Source: Mycobacterium sp.
GTDB lineage: Bacteria > Actinomycetota > Actinomycetes > RYN-182
Length of the DNA stretch: 64,000 nt
Reading direction: 5' to 3'
Assembly (NCBI GenBank): GCA_025965515.1
Contig: JAOPWU010000149.1
Coordinates: forward strand, 430-64,429
Under the pieces are notes generated by a model. That model was not told the DNA's origin and ran no database searches. It worked only from the letters and a program-made list of their open reading frames with translations. This document shows positions 49,326-59,208 of this stretch, one piece after another; positions within the stretch are counted from its first letter, which is position 1, and each line of letters starts with the position of its first letter. Made by a program: the position numbers and the translations under genes.

Positions 49326-50753
49326 GTGCTGTCGGTGACGAGCCTCGGTGTCCTGCTCACCGGCGTGAACACGTCCTCGCTGGACGTGGCGCTGCCGAGC
49401 GTCGCCCGGCACTTCGACGCCTCACCGACCGCGGCCTCGTGGACGCTGCTGTCCTACATGCTCGTCATGACGATCCTGATCCTGGCGTTCGGCCGGCTGG
49501 CGGACATGGTCGGCCGGCGGCGGCTCTACCTGCTGGGGCTGGGCGTGCTGACGCTCGCCAGCCTCGGGTGCGCACTGAGCCCCACCGTCGGCTGGCTCAT
49601 CGGCTTCCGCGCGCTGCAGGCCGTCGGCGCGGCCGCCATCATCACCAACACGACGGCCCAGCTGACCGACGCGTTCCCCGCCCGGCTGCTCACGACGGGG
49701 CTCAGCCTGAACGTCGCGATCGCCGCGGCTGCGCAGGTGGTGGGCCCGGTCGTCGGCGGCATCACGGCCGGCGCGTGGGGCTGGCGCTGGGTCTTCGCCA
49801 TCAACGTGCCCATCGGCCTGGCCGGCCTCGCCTGGGCGTCGGTGACCCTGCGCCGGACGGCGGCCCCCCCACGCACCGAGCGGTTCGACCTGGGCGGTGC
49901 GCTGCTGTCGTTCGTGGTGCTGGGCGGCATCACGGTGGCGCTGTCGTTCGGTGGCGCCCACGGCTGGACGGATCCGCGGGTGCTGACGGCAGCGGCCGCC
50001 AGTCTGGTGTCCCTGCCGCTGTTCCTCCTCCTGCAGCGCCGCCGGCGTGACCCCCTGGTGGACCTGGCCCTGTTCGCCGATCGGGAGCGGGCGGCCGCCT
50101 ACCTCTCCACGTTCCTGCTGGCCATCGCCCGGTTCGCCGTGGTGCTGCTCGCAGCGCTCTTCCTGCAGGCGGTCCAGGGGCTCGACCCCGCCGGCGCGGG
50201 CGTGCGGGTGCTGCCCGTCGCCGCCGGGCTGTCGATCGCGAGCCCGGTCGCGGGCCGGCTCGCCGCTCGGTTCCCGGCCCGCACCGTCTCCTCCGCCGGG
50301 ATGCTCATCACCGCCGCCGGCCTGGCCGCGCTCGCCGTGCTGGTCAGCCCCCACGTGGGGTATCCGGCGCTCGCCGTGGCGCTGCTGGCGGTGGGCGTCG
50401 GCAGCGGCATCTTCATGACGCCGAACACCGCCTCCATCATGCGGAGCGTGCGGCCCGACCAGCGGGGCGTCGCGAACGGGGTGCGGTCGATGCTGCAGAA
50501 CACGGGCTATGCCGTGAGCACCGCGCTGTCGCTCGCACTGGTCACCCGGCCGCTGTCGCCGGACCAGCAGCGCGCGGCCTACGCGGGGACGCTGGCGCGA
50601 CTGCCGGGCGGCGACCTCGCCGCCTTCATCGGCGGCTACCGCGTCGCGTTCATCGTGCTGCTGAGTCTCTGCCTCGTCGGCGCGGTGGCCAGCCTGGCCC
50701 GGGGGAGTTCTCCCCCGCTGAGCCACCCCGAGCGTGCCGCTGACCTGGGATGA
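49326..50753 (+). CDS. MFS transporter (DHA-type, 12-14 TMS)
   Basis: GTG at residue 221 of ORF 48666..50753 (start uncertain); FGRLADMVGRRRLY motif A; multiple TM helices. Confidence 0.7.
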   Translation: MLSVTSLGVLLTGVNTSSLDVALPSVARHFDASPTAASWTLLSYMLVMTILILAFGRLADMVGRRRLYLLGLGVLTLASLGCALSPTVGWLIGFRALQAVGAAAIITNTTAQLTDAFPARLLTTGLSLNVAIAAAAQVVGPVVGGITAGAWGWRWVFAINVPIGLAGLAWASVTLRRTAAPPRTERFDLGGALLSFVVLGGITVALSFGGAHGWTDPRVLTAAAASLVSLPLFLLLQRRRRDPLVDLALFADRERAAAYLSTFLLAIARFAVVLLAALFLQAVQGLDPAGAGVRVLPVAAGLSIASPVAGRLAARFPARTVSSAGMLITAAGLAALAVLVSPHVGYPALAVALLAVGVGSGIFMTPNTASIMRSVRPDQRGVANGVRSMLQNTGYAVSTALSLALVTRPLSPDQQRAAYAGTLARLPGGDLAAFIGGYRVAFIVLLSLCLVGAVASLARGSSPPLSHPERAADLG

Positions 50754-53529
50754 CCGCACTGACTACCCTGGAGCCGTGAAGGCTCGCACCGAGCGGGAGC
50801 GCCAACGCGAGACGATCGCCGAGGCGCTCACCGACGCGGGCCGGGTGCTGGCCGAGACGGAGCGGTTGCGGGTGGCCGGGGCGCCGCTGCTGGGGACCAG
50901 CGCGGCGCAGTCCCACGCCGACCGCCGGGAGCGCCTGGCGGACCGGCTCACCCGGCTGACGGCCGAGCGCGACCAGGCGGACCGCGACCTCGCGGCCCAG
51001 CAGGCCATCCTCGAGCTGGTGCTGGACAGGCTCCTGCCCTCCCCGTACGCCTCGGTGGCCTGGAACGACCCCCACTGGGAGGAGTGGCAGCCGCCCGAGG
51101 ACCTGCCGGACGCCGTCCGCCTCGGCACCCTGCGGCTGGACACGGCGAGCGGCGCGGTCCCCACGGTCGCCGTCTGCCCGGTCCTCGAGCACCCCACCGT
51201 GATCCTGGCGGAGGAGACGGGGTCCCTGGAGGCCGCCACCACGGCGCTGCAGGTGCTGACGGCCCGGCTCATCGCGTCCTGCCCGCCGGGGACGCTGCGG
51301 GTGTCCCTCGCCGACCTCGCCGCGTTCGGGTCGCGGCTCGGGGCCGTCGGCGGCACCGCCGCGCCGCTGCGGGTGGGGCCCACGGCGACCTCGCCGGTCC
51401 AGCTGCGCGCGATGCTGGATGAGATCGGGACGCACATGGTGCGGCTCAACACGTCCGGGGCGCTCGCGGCGGGCCCCTTGACGGACCAGGTGCGCCAGCA
51501 CCTGCCGGGCCACGAACCGCTGCGGCTCGTCGTCGCCGCCGGGCTGCCCGCCGACCTGCCGACCGACCTGTGGCGGCAGCTGGGGGCCATCGCCCGCAAC
51601 GGGCCCGCCTGCGGCGTCCACCTCGTCGTCCTGCCGGAGGTGTACGCCCGGGAGGACCGCGACAAGCTGCTGACGTTGCTCGGGGAGCACGCCGTGGTGC
51701 TGCGGGCCGCGGACGGGGAGCTGCGGCTGTCGACCTACGACGACACGCTGGGCTCGATCACCCCGTACCGGCTGTTCTCCGACGCCGCTCCGGGCCCGGT
51801 GCAGCGGGCGCTGCTCGCCGAGTCGCTGCCGCGGGCGAGCGTCGGCACGCTGCAGGCCCCCGCGCTGCTCGACATGCTCACCGACGCCCCGGAGCGCAGC
51901 TCGCGCGACGGCCTGGCGATCCCCGCGGGGCTCACCGCGGACGGCGAGATCTGGTCGCTGTTCGTCAACGACGCGGCGCCGCACGGCCTGCTCGCCGGTC
52001 AGAGCGGCTCGGGCAAGAGCACGCTGCTGCACGGCCTGGTGCAGAGCGCCAGCACGCTGTACGCCCCCGACGAGTTGCAGCTCGTGATGCTCGACCTCAA
52101 GCAGGGCGTGGAGTTCGCGGAGTACCTGCAGGACGCCACGACTCCCGAGCTGCCGCACATCCGGCTGCTCGGCATCGATGTGGATGCGTACCAGGCGCTC
52201 GAGGTGCTGCGCTGGCTCGTCGCGGAGAACAGCCGCCGGCAGCGGCTGTTCCTCGCCGCCGGCGAGCGCAGCTCCACGGCCGTCCGCAACATCTACGAGT
52301 ACCGGCGCCTCACCGGGGAGCCGCTGCCGCGGCTGCTCGCCGTCATCGACGAGTTCCAGCAGCTCTTCGCCCCCGACGTCTCCGAGGAGGCGTGGACGCA
52401 CCTGCAGACCATCGCGAAGCTGGGGCGCAGCCAGGGCATGCACCTGCTGCTCGCCACGCAGGGGCTCACGGGCATGGCGGGTGGCATCCGGGAACGCGAG
52501 CCCGTGTTCGCGCAGCTGGCGACGCGCATGGCCCTGCGGTGCCGGCCCGCGGACGCCGTCGAGGTGCTGGGGCCCGGCCGGTCCGGCTCGGTGGCCGAGC
52601 TGCGGCGGCAGGGCGAGATGATCGTGGCCGCCGCCGGCGGCGCGATGAGCGAGGACCAGCGGGTCCGGGTTGCGTTCATGGACCCGCAACAGCGGCGCCG
52701 GCTGCGCACCGAGCGGGCGCTCGCGCTGCCGCCCGCCCCGCCGGTCGACACCGTGCGGGTGATCCGCGGCGACCAGCGCGTCCAGCTCTCCGGGATGCGG
52801 GTGCTCGGGGCGGTCGGTCCCGAGGCCGTGCCGCTCGGCATGACGTGCGTGCTGCGGGAACCCGTGGCGCGGGTGGACCTGCGCCCCCGCCGGGGCCGCG
52901 GGGTCGCGCTGGTGGCGCGCTCGGCGCCGCTCGCCACGGCCGCGCTGGCGACGCCGGCCGCCGTGCTGGCCGCGGGTGACGACGGCCGGCCCGTCGTGAT
53001 CGTCGACGAGGACGGCCGGCACCTGGCGGAGCTGGAGGGGCTCCTGGAGTGGCTGGGCCCCCGCGGCCGGGTGCTGGACGACCTGCCGGCCGACGCGGCG
53101 GGCGCGGCCGCGCTGGCGGCGGCGCTGCCCGAGCCGTCGATCGTGATCCTCCTCGACGTCCGGCACCCGGATCAGTTCGGGCCCGGCACGCTGGCGGAGC
53201 TGGCGAGCGGCAAGGAGGGGCACACGGTCCTCACGTGGCTGCGGCCCGAGGCCTGGCACCAGTGCGCACGGGTGCTGCGCGACATGCAGGTCCGGCTCGG
53301 CCGCGACATGCCCGTGACCGAGCTCTCCGCGACCCTCGGCGCGCGGCCGCCGCACCCCGCGCCCGACGGCTACCTGTGGTGGACGGACCTCGGCTCCGGC
53401 CGGCCGCCGCGGCTCGTGCGGCCGGCCGTCGCGCCGACCGCCGGGTCGCTCGAGGCCGACCTCGGTATCGCCGGGGGCCGTCGGGTCATCTCGCTCGACC
53501 CCGCGTCCCCGCGCCCGGTGGCGCCCTGA
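50734..53529 (+). CDS. FtsK/SpoIIIE family P-loop ATPase (EccC/EssC-like), no predicted TM segment; one intact and flanking degenerate FtsK-like domains
   Basis: Walker A GQSGSGKSTLLHGLV; Walker B LLAVIDEFQQL; HLLLATQ; upstream region (VLEHPTVILAEETGS...HLVVLPE) looks like a degenerate FtsK domain; start at GTG 50734 or GTG 50776. Confidence 0.8.
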   Translation: MPLTWDDRTDYPGAVKARTERERQRETIAEALTDAGRVLAETERLRVAGAPLLGTSAAQSHADRRERLADRLTRLTAERDQADRDLAAQQAILELVLDRLLPSPYASVAWNDPHWEEWQPPEDLPDAVRLGTLRLDTASGAVPTVAVCPVLEHPTVILAEETGSLEAATTALQVLTARLIASCPPGTLRVSLADLAAFGSRLGAVGGTAAPLRVGPTATSPVQLRAMLDEIGTHMVRLNTSGALAAGPLTDQVRQHLPGHEPLRLVVAAGLPADLPTDLWRQLGAIARNGPACGVHLVVLPEVYAREDRDKLLTLLGEHAVVLRAADGELRLSTYDDTLGSITPYRLFSDAAPGPVQRALLAESLPRASVGTLQAPALLDMLTDAPERSSRDGLAIPAGLTADGEIWSLFVNDAAPHGLLAGQSGSGKSTLLHGLVQSASTLYAPDELQLVMLDLKQGVEFAEYLQDATTPELPHIRLLGIDVDAYQALEVLRWLVAENSRRQRLFLAAGERSSTAVRNIYEYRRLTGEPLPRLLAVIDEFQQLFAPDVSEEAWTHLQTIAKLGRSQGMHLLLATQGLTGMAGGIREREPVFAQLATRMALRCRPADAVEVLGPGRSGSVAELRRQGEMIVAAAGGAMSEDQRVRVAFMDPQQRRRLRTERALALPPAPPVDTVRVIRGDQRVQLSGMRVLGAVGPEAVPLGMTCVLREPVARVDLRPRRGRGVALVARSAPLATAALATPAAVLAAGDDGRPVVIVDEDGRHLAELEGLLEWLGPRGRVLDDLPADAAGAAALAAALPEPSIVILLDVRHPDQFGPGTLAELASGKEGHTVLTWLRPEAWHQCARVLRDMQVRLGRDMPVTELSATLGARPPHPAPDGYLWWTDLGSGRPPRLVRPAVAPTAGSLEADLGIAGGRRVISLDPASPRPVAP

Positions 53530-54233
53530 TGACCGCCGAACTGGACCGCTACCTGCGCGAGATGCACGACCTCGCGGAGGCGGCCCGGTACCGCCAGGAG
53601 GCGGACGACGAGACGTGGCAGGCCACGCTCGACGTCCACGCGGCCGTCGTGGCGGGGCCGGACCGGCCCGTCGTCGTGGTCCAGCTCGACCGGGCGGCGG
53701 ACGAGCTGCGCGGGGTGCGGGACGAGGTCTGCCGGATCGCCGGGCTGCCGCGGCCGCTGGTGACGGAGGACCCGGACGCGCCGGGGCTGCCGGGGCCCGA
53801 GGCGGGGGTGGCGCAGTGGTCCGAGCGCCTGACGCAGCAGACCCTCGCGCTCGACCGCGCCCGCGGCCGGCTGCAGGAGCTGGCCGTCGCCTGGCGGATG
53901 GACGAGCGGGACCGTGAACGCTGGGAGGGCAGGCTCGGGCTGCTGCTGGCCCGGCTGGCCGGCCTGCTGGGGCCGGCCCTGCTGGTGCCCCTGCTCCTCG
54001 ACCTGCTCCCCGGGGTCAGCCGGGGCCAGAGCTGGCTGAGCCTGGTCCTGTCCGTGCTGCTGGCGGTCGCCGCGGGGGCGGGGGTGTGGCTCCGCGCCGC
54101 CAACCGGCGGGAGTTCTGCGACCGCGCCCTGGCGCTGACCGACCCCATGGTCAAGCTGCCGCACGCGGCCATCTTGTCCCGGCTTGCTTTGGGATTCGCG
54201 CTTTGGGGGATCCCGTGGCTGGTGGTGCGCTGA
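53529..54233 (+). CDS. membrane protein translationally coupled to the FtsK-like ATPase
   Basis: TGATG overlap with upstream stop; 234 aa; N-terminal soluble helical part then 2-3 TM helices (LLLARLAGLLGPALLVPLLLDLL, SLVLSVLLAVAAGAGVWL, LALGFALWGIPWLVV). Confidence 0.55.
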   Translation: MTAELDRYLREMHDLAEAARYRQEADDETWQATLDVHAAVVAGPDRPVVVVQLDRAADELRGVRDEVCRIAGLPRPLVTEDPDAPGLPGPEAGVAQWSERLTQQTLALDRARGRLQELAVAWRMDERDRERWEGRLGLLLARLAGLLGPALLVPLLLDLLPGVSRGQSWLSLVLSVLLAVAAGAGVWLRAANRREFCDRALALTDPMVKLPHAAILSRLALGFALWGIPWLVVR

Positions 54234-54319
54234 GGGGGAGGTCACGGGTTTCGCACGGCCCGATCATTCACACCCCGGTACTGATTCACTACGGGCAGTT
54301 GCACGGAAGCGGAGGAACC

Positions 54320-54577
54320 ATGGCGATCGACGTCACGAGGCAATCGATCAGCAAGGCGCTCGAGGACGTCACCGAGGCCAAGAAGACGTTCAGCACCGCG
54401 CTCGAAACGGTCGAGGACACGGTCAAGAGCCTCGAGAGCGAGATCTCGGGCAGCGAGAACGACAACGCGAACGAATCGATCTCGCTCGCGAAGAACGCCT
54501 TGGACTCCGCCGAGGAGGTCCTCGCGAAGCTGACCCAGAGCGCGGAGTCGCTGGAGCAGTACCTCCAGGTCCTCTAG
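54320..54577 (+). CDS. small (85 aa) all-helical protein, WXG100/EsxA-like size and architecture but no WXG motif
   Basis: GGAGGAACC RBS directly before ATG; predicted helix-loop-helix; high GC3 codon usage. Confidence 0.6.
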   Translation: MAIDVTRQSISKALEDVTEAKKTFSTALETVEDTVKSLESEISGSENDNANESISLAKNALDSAEEVLAKLTQSAESLEQYLQVL

Positions 54578-54625
54578 CGCCCCCGCCGCCCTGCGGTCTG
54601 CGGCCGCGGCGATTAGGTTGCAGGT

Positions 54626-55609
54626 ATGGACTCTCGCATCCTCGGTACCCGTTCCCCCCTGACCGTCTCCGCCATCGGCCTAGGCTGCATGGGCATGTCG
54701 GAGTTCTACGGCGCCGGCTCGGATGCCGAGTCGACGGCGGTGCTGCAGCTCGCGGTCGAGCTGGGCGTCACGTTCTTCGACACCGCGGACATGTACGGCC
54801 CGTTCCGCAACGAGGAGCTCGTCGGCGCGGCCCTGCGGCCCTACCGCGACAAGGTCGTGATCGCGACGAAGTTCGGCAACCAGCGCGGCGAGGACGGCAG
54901 CTTCCTGGGCGTCAACGGCCGCCCGGAGTACGTGCACAGCGCGTGCGACGCGTCGCTGCGGCGGCTCGGCATCGACACCATCGACCTGTACTACCAGCAC
55001 CGCGTCGACCCGACCGTGCCCATCGAGGACACCGTCGGCGCCATGGCGGAGCTCGTGGCGGCGGGCAAGGTGCGCCACCTCGGCCTGTCCGAGGCGGCCC
55101 CCGAGACCATCCGCCGGGCCGCCGCCGTCCACCCGATCACCGCGCTGCAGACGGAGTACAGCCTGTGGTCGCGCGACCCGGAGGACGAGCTGCTCGCTAC
55201 CGTGCGGGAGCTCGGCATCGGCTTCGTGGCCTACAGCCCCATCGGCCGCGGGTTCCTCTCCGGCGAGATCCGCAGCATCGACGACCTGGCGCCGGACGAC
55301 TTCCGCCGCCGGAACCCCCGGTTCACCGGCGAGAACTTCCAGCGCAACCTCGACCTCGTGGACACCGTCCGGCGGCTCGCGGAGGCCAAGGGGTGCACCC
55401 CCGCGCAGCTCGCGCTGGCCTGGCTGCTGGCGCAGGGCGACGACATCGTGCCCATCCCCGGCACGAAGCGGGAGAAGTACCTGCGGGAGAACGTCGCCGC
55501 CGCGGACATCACCCTCACCCCGGAGGAGCTGGCGGCCATCGACGCCGCCGCACCGCGCGGTGCCGCCGCGGGCGACCGGTACCCGGACATGAGCGGCGTC
55601 GGGCGCTAG
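54626..55609 (+). CDS. aldo/keto reductase
   Basis: 327 aa; [13 protein letters not shown]; [18 protein letters not shown]; HLGLSEA; typical AKR. Confidence 0.9.
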   Translation: MDSRILGTRSPLTVSAIGLGCMGMSEFYGAGSDAESTAVLQLAVELGVTFFDTADMYGPFRNEELVGAALRPYRDKVVIATKFGNQRGEDGSFLGVNGRPEYVHSACDASLRRLGIDTIDLYYQHRVDPTVPIEDTVGAMAELVAAGKVRHLGLSEAAPETIRRAAAVHPITALQTEYSLWSRDPEDELLATVRELGIGFVAYSPIGRGFLSGEIRSIDDLAPDDFRRRNPRFTGENFQRNLDLVDTVRRLAEAKGCTPAQLALAWLLAQGDDIVPIPGTKREKYLRENVAAADITLTPEELAAIDAAAPRGAAAGDRYPDMSGVGR

Positions 55610-57123
55610 TCCGCGGGGCGGTACACCGCCAACCGTGAGGGGGCGACGTGCAGTCGCAGGTCGCGGGGCGCGTCGCCGATCTCGCCGTCGCGGGCGAGCC
55701 GCGGGTGCCCGTTGCTCTCCTCGAGGACGAGGTCGAGCGACCCTCGCAGCCGCTGCTCGTACACCCGTGACCGGCCGAGCCGGCCGGTCAGGACGGCGAG
55801 CGCCAGGCGCGTGCGGGCGAGGCGCACGTCGGCGCGCACCAGCCGGACGTCGATGACGTCGTCGTCGAGCCGCGGCCGCCAGGACGGGGCGAAGCCGGCC
55901 GGCCGGTAGGGGCCGTTGCCGGCGAACAGCAGCCACAGCAACCGCGGCTCGCCGTCGAGCCGCACCGCGATGGGGTGGCCGTGCCGCAGCACGCCCGGCA
56001 GCGCCGCGGCGAGGGCGGGCCACTTGCCGAGCCGGTCCTCGCGCCGTTCCCGCCCCGCCACCAGCTCGGGGTAGACCCCGACGCTGAGCGTGTTCAGGAA
56101 GACCAGCTCCTGCTCCGGGTCGACGGCGTCGTCGGCGGCGCGGCCGACGGTGCAGGCGGCGGCGGTGCCCTCCCGCACCGCCCGCGCCACGTCCTCGACG
56201 CCGGTGATGCAGAGTTCGGCGGCGAAGTGGTTGAGGGTTCCGGCGGGCACGACCACCAGCGGCAGCCCCGCCCGCAGCGCGACCGCCGCCGCTGCGTTCA
56301 CGCTGCCGTCGCCGCCCGCGATGCCCAGGACGCGCGCCTCCCGGGCCGCCTCGCGCAGGGCCGGCCGCAGGTCGCCCTCGACCAGCCGGGCCTCCGCCTT
56401 CGGCAGCTCGGCGAGCAGCGCGTCGACCATCGCCCGGGCACTGCCGTCACCGCTGTCGGCGTTGCCGACGACGATCAGCCCCTCGCCGTCGGGGAGCGCC
56501 GGGACGGTCGCCCGCGCCGCCGCGGCCCGTTCGCCGTGCGGCCGCGCCGGCCACCGCGACCGCACGAAGAGGGCGCAGCCGACCCCGAGCGCCAGACCCG
56601 CCGCGACGTCACCCGGGTAGTGGACGCCGACGTGGACGCGGCCGTAGGCGACGCCCGCCACGACCGGTGCGAGCGCCAGGCCCAGCGCCGGCCGCTCCAG
56701 CGCGACGCCGAGGGTGAAGGCCGCGGCCGACGCGGCGTGCCCGCTGGGGAAGCTGGACGAGGAGGGCACCCGGCGGAGCTGCCGGAGCTGCGGCACCCCG
56801 GCCACGCCCGGCCGGTCGCGGCGGGCCGTGAGCTTCCCGGGCAGGTTGGCCGCGAAGCTCGCGACGCCGAGGCTGACCAGGCCCCGCGTCGCGGCGCGGC
56901 GCTGCCCCGCGGCGGCGAGCGCAGCGGCGGTCACGGCCCAGAGCCCCGCGTGGTTCGCGCTGGTGGTGAGCGGCGGCAGGACGGCGTCGAACAGCGGGCT
57001 CTCGCGCCGGGCCGCGGCGGCGAACAGGGTCCGGTCCGTCCGGTCCAGCCGGTCGACGAGCCGCCGGGCGGGGGAACGGCGGTGGGGGACGAGGGGCGCG
57101 AGGGGCCGGCGGCGAGCGATCAC
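55606..57123 (-). CDS. bifunctional PAP2 phosphatase / diacylglycerol kinase catalytic-domain fusion protein
   Basis: N-terminal PAP2 motifs ([20 protein letters not shown]); C-terminal DAGK_cat (IAGGDGSVN). Confidence 0.8.
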   Translation of the reverse strand: MIARRRPLAPLVPHRRSPARRLVDRLDRTDRTLFAAAARRESPLFDAVLPPLTTSANHAGLWAVTAAALAAAGQRRAATRGLVSLGVASFAANLPGKLTARRDRPGVAGVPQLRQLRRVPSSSSFPSGHAASAAAFTLGVALERPALGLALAPVVAGVAYGRVHVGVHYPGDVAAGLALGVGCALFVRSRWPARPHGERAAAARATVPALPDGEGLIVVGNADSGDGSARAMVDALLAELPKAEARLVEGDLRPALREAAREARVLGIAGGDGSVNAAAAVALRAGLPLVVVPAGTLNHFAAELCITGVEDVARAVREGTAAACTVGRAADDAVDPEQELVFLNTLSVGVYPELVAGRERREDRLGKWPALAAALPGVLRHGHPIAVRLDGEPRLLWLLFAGNGPYRPAGFAPSWRPRLDDDVIDVRLVRADVRLARTRLALAVLTGRLGRSRVYEQRLRGSLDLVLEESNGHPRLARDGEIGDAPRDLRLHVAPSRLAVYRPAD

Positions 57124-57471
57124 CGCCGGGAGCTACCCGAGCGGGCGGTGGCCGAGACCCGCCGTGCGGGTGACGCAGCGTGCCGCCCCGGACGTGATGG
57201 TGGCGTGCGCCGATGCAGGCGGGACGGCGGCCATGCCCGCGGGCCGCCGGACCGGTTTCGCCGCGCGGTCGCTTCCACGGTTGATGGACCCGGCGCGACG
57301 GACCCGTCATCCGTGGAGTTGCACTGCCACCGCATGACCGAAGACGGGCGGGGCGCGGCTTGCCAGGCTCGTCGCAGCTCCCTTGGAGGAGCTATCGCAC
57401 CGAGCAACACGCACCGCTCACGCCGGGTGGCGATCCGCCACCCCGGTCATCAACCCAGGAAGGAGACACGC

Positions 57472-57636
57472 ATGTCGCACGAAGCCACAGGCGTCGCCGA
57501 GTCCGAGCTGCTGACGATCGAGGACCTAAGCATCGAGGAGCTCGACGACGTGGCCGCGGCCGACTGTGCCGGAACGGCCAGCACGGCAAGCACCCCCGTC
57601 AGTACGGCCGCCTGCATCGGCTGCGCCAGCTTCTAG
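57472..57636 (+). CDS. RiPP precursor peptide A (54 aa; double-Gly-type leader plus Cys/Ser/Thr-rich core)
   Basis: AGGAGA RBS; MSHEATGVAESELLTIEDLSIEELDDVAAA-DCAGTASTASTPVSTAACIGCASF; clustered with C39-ABC, P450 and TOMM docking protein. Confidence 0.6.
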   Translation: MSHEATGVAESELLTIEDLSIEELDDVAAADCAGTASTASTPVSTAACIGCASF

Positions 57637-57678
57637 ACCCGTCGAGCTCGCCGGACGAACTCCTGAAAGGACGCACTC

Positions 57679-57843
57679 ATGACGCACGACACCACACCCG
57701 AGCAGCACGTCGACGGCCTCGAGATGGACGAACTGGCGATCGAGGAGCTGACCGAGCTGAGCGGCGCTGCCAGTGCCAGCACGGCCGGGACCGTCAGCAC
57801 CCCCGCAACCGTCGGCACGGCCGCGTGCCTCAGCTGCTTCTGA
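57679..57843 (+). CDS. RiPP precursor peptide B (54 aa; paralogue of A)
   Basis: GAAAGGA RBS; MTHDTTPEQHVDGLEMDELAIEELTELSGA-ASASTAGTVSTPATVGTAACLSCF; same length and shared IEEL leader and STP / AAC..C..F core features. Confidence 0.6.
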   Translation: MTHDTTPEQHVDGLEMDELAIEELTELSGAASASTAGTVSTPATVGTAACLSCF

Positions 57844-57945
57844 TCCCGAGGACGCCCAGCACGGCCGCGTGACACGGCGGCCGTCGGCGCCCTGGCCGCG
57901 CGTCGGGCGCCGGCGGCCACCGCTCGTGACGACAGGGAGGACCCC

Positions 57946-59208
57946 GTGGACGATCTCGCCGCTTCGGCGGTCCGCTTCATCACGGATCCGCACTCGCAAC
58001 AGGTGGGTGACCTGACCATGTTCGCCCGACTGGCCGTGGAGAAGCCGGTGCTGAAGGCCGGCCCGGTGTGGATCGTGTCCCGGCACGACCTGGTCTGCGC
58101 CCTGGCTCGGCACCCGGCCTGTGTCGTCCGTCTTCCGGACCGCTGGCGCCACGCCCCACCACTGAACCCGTCCGTCTCCCGGCTCCTCGAGGGACTCCTC
58201 CCTGTCCTGCCGACCCCCGATCACCGTCGGCTCCGACGCCTGCTCGCCGGGCAGTTCAGCGCGCGGTCCGTAGAACGGCTGCGGGGGGCGGTCGTGCGCA
58301 TCGTCACCGAACTGCTCGCAGGACCGCTGCGCCGAGGCTCGTGCGATTTCGTGAAGGACGTCTGTCTACCCCTGCCCGTCTACACGACCGCGGCCCTGCT
58401 CGGATTGCCGGACGCGGACCGAGGCCAGCTGCTGGCCTGGGCCCAGGCGGTCAACGGCATGGTCCTCGCCGAAGTGACCGGCCGCGTCGGCGGAGCTGGC
58501 GGGGGGCCTCGGAATCCGGGCGTGGACCGCCTCGGCGAACTGGTGGCGTACATCGAGGAACTCGTACGGCGCAGGACCGCGGACCCGGGCGACGACCTGA
58601 TCTCCCGGTTGGCGGCGGAAACAGCCACCGAGGACGGGCACCTTGACCACGACGAGTTGGTCTCCACGGTGCTGCTGCTGTTGATGACGGGTATCGATAC
58701 GGTCGGTAGCGGCTTGGCCAACGTGGTGACCGTGCTGGGGCGCAACAGAGAGGCCTGGGCCCTGGTCGTGGCGGACCCGTCGCGAGCAGGCGCGGCATAC
58801 CAGGAAGCGCTGCGGCTCCTCCCGCCGCTGCCCGTCATGAGCCGCATCACCGAGGCGGATGTCGAGGTCGCCGGACTCACCATCCCCGCTGCCAGCACCG
58901 TGCTGTTGGTCTACGGCGCGGCCAACCTGGACCCCCGAGTCTTCCCGGAGCCCTGCAGTTTCGACCTCGCCCGGCTGCCGACCGGTCAGCTTGCCTTCGG
59001 GCACGGTCCGCACCACTGTCTGGGTGCGAGCCTGGCAGTGCTCCAGGGGGAGGTGGTGCTCGCGGCGCTGGCCCGCTCGGCCCCGTGGTTCCACGTGGGA
59101 GCCGGTCCACGCCGCCGCCGCGACGAACTGGCGTTCCACTCGCCCGCCGAGCTGCCGTTGTGGCTGCGGGCCGAGCCTCCCGGATGCCGTCGACAGGTGT
59201 CCGCATGA
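57946..59208 (+). CDS. cytochrome P450
   Basis: 420 aa; heme-binding FGHGPHHCLGASLA; ExxR (EALR); GTG start with GGGAGG RBS. Confidence 0.85.
   Translation: MDDLAASAVRFITDPHSQQVGDLTMFARLAVEKPVLKAGPVWIVSRHDLVCALARHPACVVRLPDRWRHAPPLNPSVSRLLEGLLPVLPTPDHRRLRRLLAGQFSARSVERLRGAVVRIVTELLAGPLRRGSCDFVKDVCLPLPVYTTAALLGLPDADRGQLLAWAQAVNGMVLAEVTGRVGGAGGGPRNPGVDRLGELVAYIEELVRRRTADPGDDLISRLAAETATEDGHLDHDELVSTVLLLLMTGIDTVGSGLANVVTVLGRNREAWALVVADPSRAGAAYQEALRLLPPLPVMSRITEADVEVAGLTIPAASTVLLVYGAANLDPRVFPEPCSFDLARLPTGQLAFGHGPHHCLGASLAVLQGEVVLAALARSAPWFHVGAGPRRRRDELAFHSPAELPLWLRAEPPGCRRQVSA

Noticed and set aside
50650-53355. 901-aa minus-strand ORF opposite the FtsK-like ATPase
   Set aside because: Shadow frame; the plus strand carries canonical Walker A/B motifs.
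54086-54319. Upstream extension of the small helical ORF (163-aa version)
   Set aside because: Extension is antisense-like (R/P-rich), whereas the ATG at 54320 has a perfect GGAGG RBS and begins the helical protein.
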